Source of the DNA: an uncultured Acidobacteriota bacterium
GTDB taxonomy: Bacteria; Acidobacteriota; Terriglobia; Acidiferrales; UBA7541
Assembly: GCA_963743335.1 (NCBI GenBank)
Contig: CAVUPI010000004.1
Location: 191,976 to 255,975, forward strand
Direction: 5' to 3'
Length of the DNA: 64,000 nucleotides
Part shown: positions 62,792 through 64,000 of the stretch, piece after piece
How the letters are laid out: each line of letters opens with the position of its first letter
Numbering within the stretch: the first letter of the stretch is position 1
Notes under the pieces: model-generated
Seen by the model: only the letters and a program-made list of their open reading frames with translations
Database searches by the model: none
What the model was told of the DNA's origin: nothing
Made by a program: the position numbers and the translations under genes

Positions 62792-63781
62792 ATGGAACAG
62801 GAACTGAGTCTGGAATTTTTGCGCGTTGTCGAAGAGGCCGCGATCGCGTCGGCGCGGACCATGGGGCTTGGCGACGGCCATAAGTCCGATCAAGCCGCCG
62901 TCGAGGCCATGCGCAAGGAGATGGATACCGTCAGCATGGACGGGACGATCGTGATCGGCGAGGGCGAACGCGACAAGGCGCCGATGCTCTTCATTGGCGA
63001 ACACGTGGGCCTGGCCGCGCGCGACAGGAAGCACTTGTACCCCGCGGTGGATATTGCCGTCGATCCGCTCGAAGGGACGAACCTTTGCTCGAGCGGCGCA
63101 CCGAACGCGATTACGGTGCTCGCGGCGAGCGACAAAGGTGGGCTCCTCCACGCTCCCGACCTTTATATGGAGAAGATTATCGTGGGGCCCTTGTGCCGGG
63201 GCGCAGTCGATCTGGACGCCACTCCGGAGCACAACCTGAAAGCGATCGCCAAGCGGCTCGACCGCAAGGTGAAAGATTTGGTAGTGACCGTGCTCGAACG
63301 GCCGCGGCACGAAAAGCTGGTTCAGGATATTCGCAAGACTGGCGCGCGCGTCCGGCTGATCCAGGATGGCGACCTTTCGGCGGGCATCAGCGCGGCGGTT
63401 TCGGATATGGGCGTCCACGCGGTGATGGGAACCGGTGGCGCGCCTGAGGGCGTGTTGACCGCGGCGGCGTTGCGCTGCTTGAACGGGCAAATTCTCGGGC
63501 GGCTCGTGATCTCAAAGCCGGAACACAAAGAGCGCGCGGCGAAGATGGGAATCAAAGACCCGAAGCGGATTTACGATACGGCGGAGCTGGCGCCCGGCAA
63601 GAAAATCATCTTTGCCTGCACCGGCGTGACGCCCGGCGGGTTGTTGCGCGGCGTGCGGTTTTTCGGCGGCGGCACGCGAACGCAATCGTTGATCATGACG
63701 CTCGACGAGCGCGAGATTCGGTTCATCGATTCCGTGCACTTGGATAAGGGCGCGAACGACGTGCGCGTGCGGTTCTACTAG
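62792..63781 (+). CDS. glpX: Class II fructose-1,6-bisphosphatase
   Basis: [20 protein letters not shown]....D.AAV.AMR......[17 protein letters not shown] and DPLEGTN are GlpX signatures. Confidence 0.9.
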   Translation: MEQELSLEFLRVVEEAAIASARTMGLGDGHKSDQAAVEAMRKEMDTVSMDGTIVIGEGERDKAPMLFIGEHVGLAARDRKHLYPAVDIAVDPLEGTNLCSSGAPNAITVLAASDKGGLLHAPDLYMEKIIVGPLCRGAVDLDATPEHNLKAIAKRLDRKVKDLVVTVLERPRHEKLVQDIRKTGARVRLIQDGDLSAGISAAVSDMGVHAVMGTGGAPEGVLTAAALRCLNGQILGRLVISKPEHKERAAKMGIKDPKRIYDTAELAPGKKIIFACTGVTPGGLLRGVRFFGGGTRTQSLIMTLDEREIRFIDSVHLDKGANDVRVRFY

Positions 63782-63838
63782 GACGAATCGTTCCGAGCAA
63801 TTCGTGGTGGAATTTTCGTCGCTCACCTTTTAGAATTC

Positions 63839-63863
63839 CGGAGGCGTTCGAGGCGCCTCCGGA
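63839..63863 (+). terminator. 9-bp GC-rich hairpin downstream of glpX, terminator-like
   Basis: CCGGAGGCG-TTCGAGG-CGCCTCCGG lies 58 nt after the glpX stop. No U tract follows. Confidence 0.35.
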
Positions 63864-64000
63864 CCCGCGGGAAGGGTTGAACCCACTCGCCACTGAAAAA
63901 CGAGCAGTAAGCCTTTATGCGGCCGGATTGCGGGTCATCGGCGAATTCATGCATGGAGGCTCTATGAAGCAGCTACCCGCATCTCCGAATCTTTCCCATC

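Noticed and set aside
63964-64000. An ATG ORF start (MKQLPASPNLSH...) at the window edge.
   Set aside because: Only 12 codons are visible, which is too little to call a gene or a family.

Overview
Visibly GC-rich bacterial chromosomal segment. Gene content and the style of the intergenic repeats suggest Acidobacteriota, but that is inference only. I support about 50 protein genes and one tRNA-Lys. I found no rRNA, CRISPR, transposase or integrase, or recognisable phage or defence genes.

Blocks in order:
1. 0.1-7.6 kb: EPS/capsule export module. It runs pseudo-receiver, giant Wza-like exporter, then a PAP2-Wzi fusion, with a LuxR-type pseudo-receiver regulator upstream.
2. 8.1 kb: tRNA-Lys(UUU).
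3. 8.5-16 kb: 2105-aa soluble hybrid histidine kinase carrying eleven near-identical 276-bp (di-HAMP) tandem repeats, followed by a REC-HisKA_3 kinase.
4. 16-19.2 kb: small uncharacterised genes (a paralogous 3-TM pair plus a partner), an HPF-like gene, DUF72 and a zinc-ribbon protein.
5. 19.3-28.7 kb: one tight minus-strand hopanoid operon, shc-hpnA-hpnG-adh-adh-hpnC::hpnD-hpnE.
6. 29-34.8 kb: envelope genes (lpxD, LpxL-like, ArnT-like GT39, hydrolase, GNAT).
7. 35-39.4 kb: nrdR coupled to a UPF0104 membrane protein, GH57 and a Trm112-like mini-ORF.
8. 39.5-45.6 kb: AKR-TetR-HlyD-ABC-ABC2 efflux operon, interrupted by REP-like hairpin clusters.
9. 46-52.4 kb: housekeeping genes (ddl, arginase, asnS, isomerase, quinone reductase).
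10. 53.8-61.2 kb: TonB-dependent receptor - YfiR-like - hybrid kinase - REC - REC-PilZ signalling operon.
11. 61.5-63.8 kb: gcdH and glpX.

The most interesting hypotheses:
- The two Zn-dehydrogenases inside the hopanoid operon are candidates for the unassigned ribosylhopane-to-bacteriohopanetetrol reduction.
- The poly-HAMP array is recently expanded and mosaic.
- The YfiR/TonB-receptor module is wired to a kinase and a PilZ output instead of a diguanylate cyclase.

Caveats: the ORF track uses the most upstream ATG/GTG/TTG, so many starts are over-extended and I trimmed them where the sequence supports it. Many long Arg/Pro-rich antisense ORFs are high-GC artefacts. All family assignments come from motif recognition by eye. 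No searches were run.
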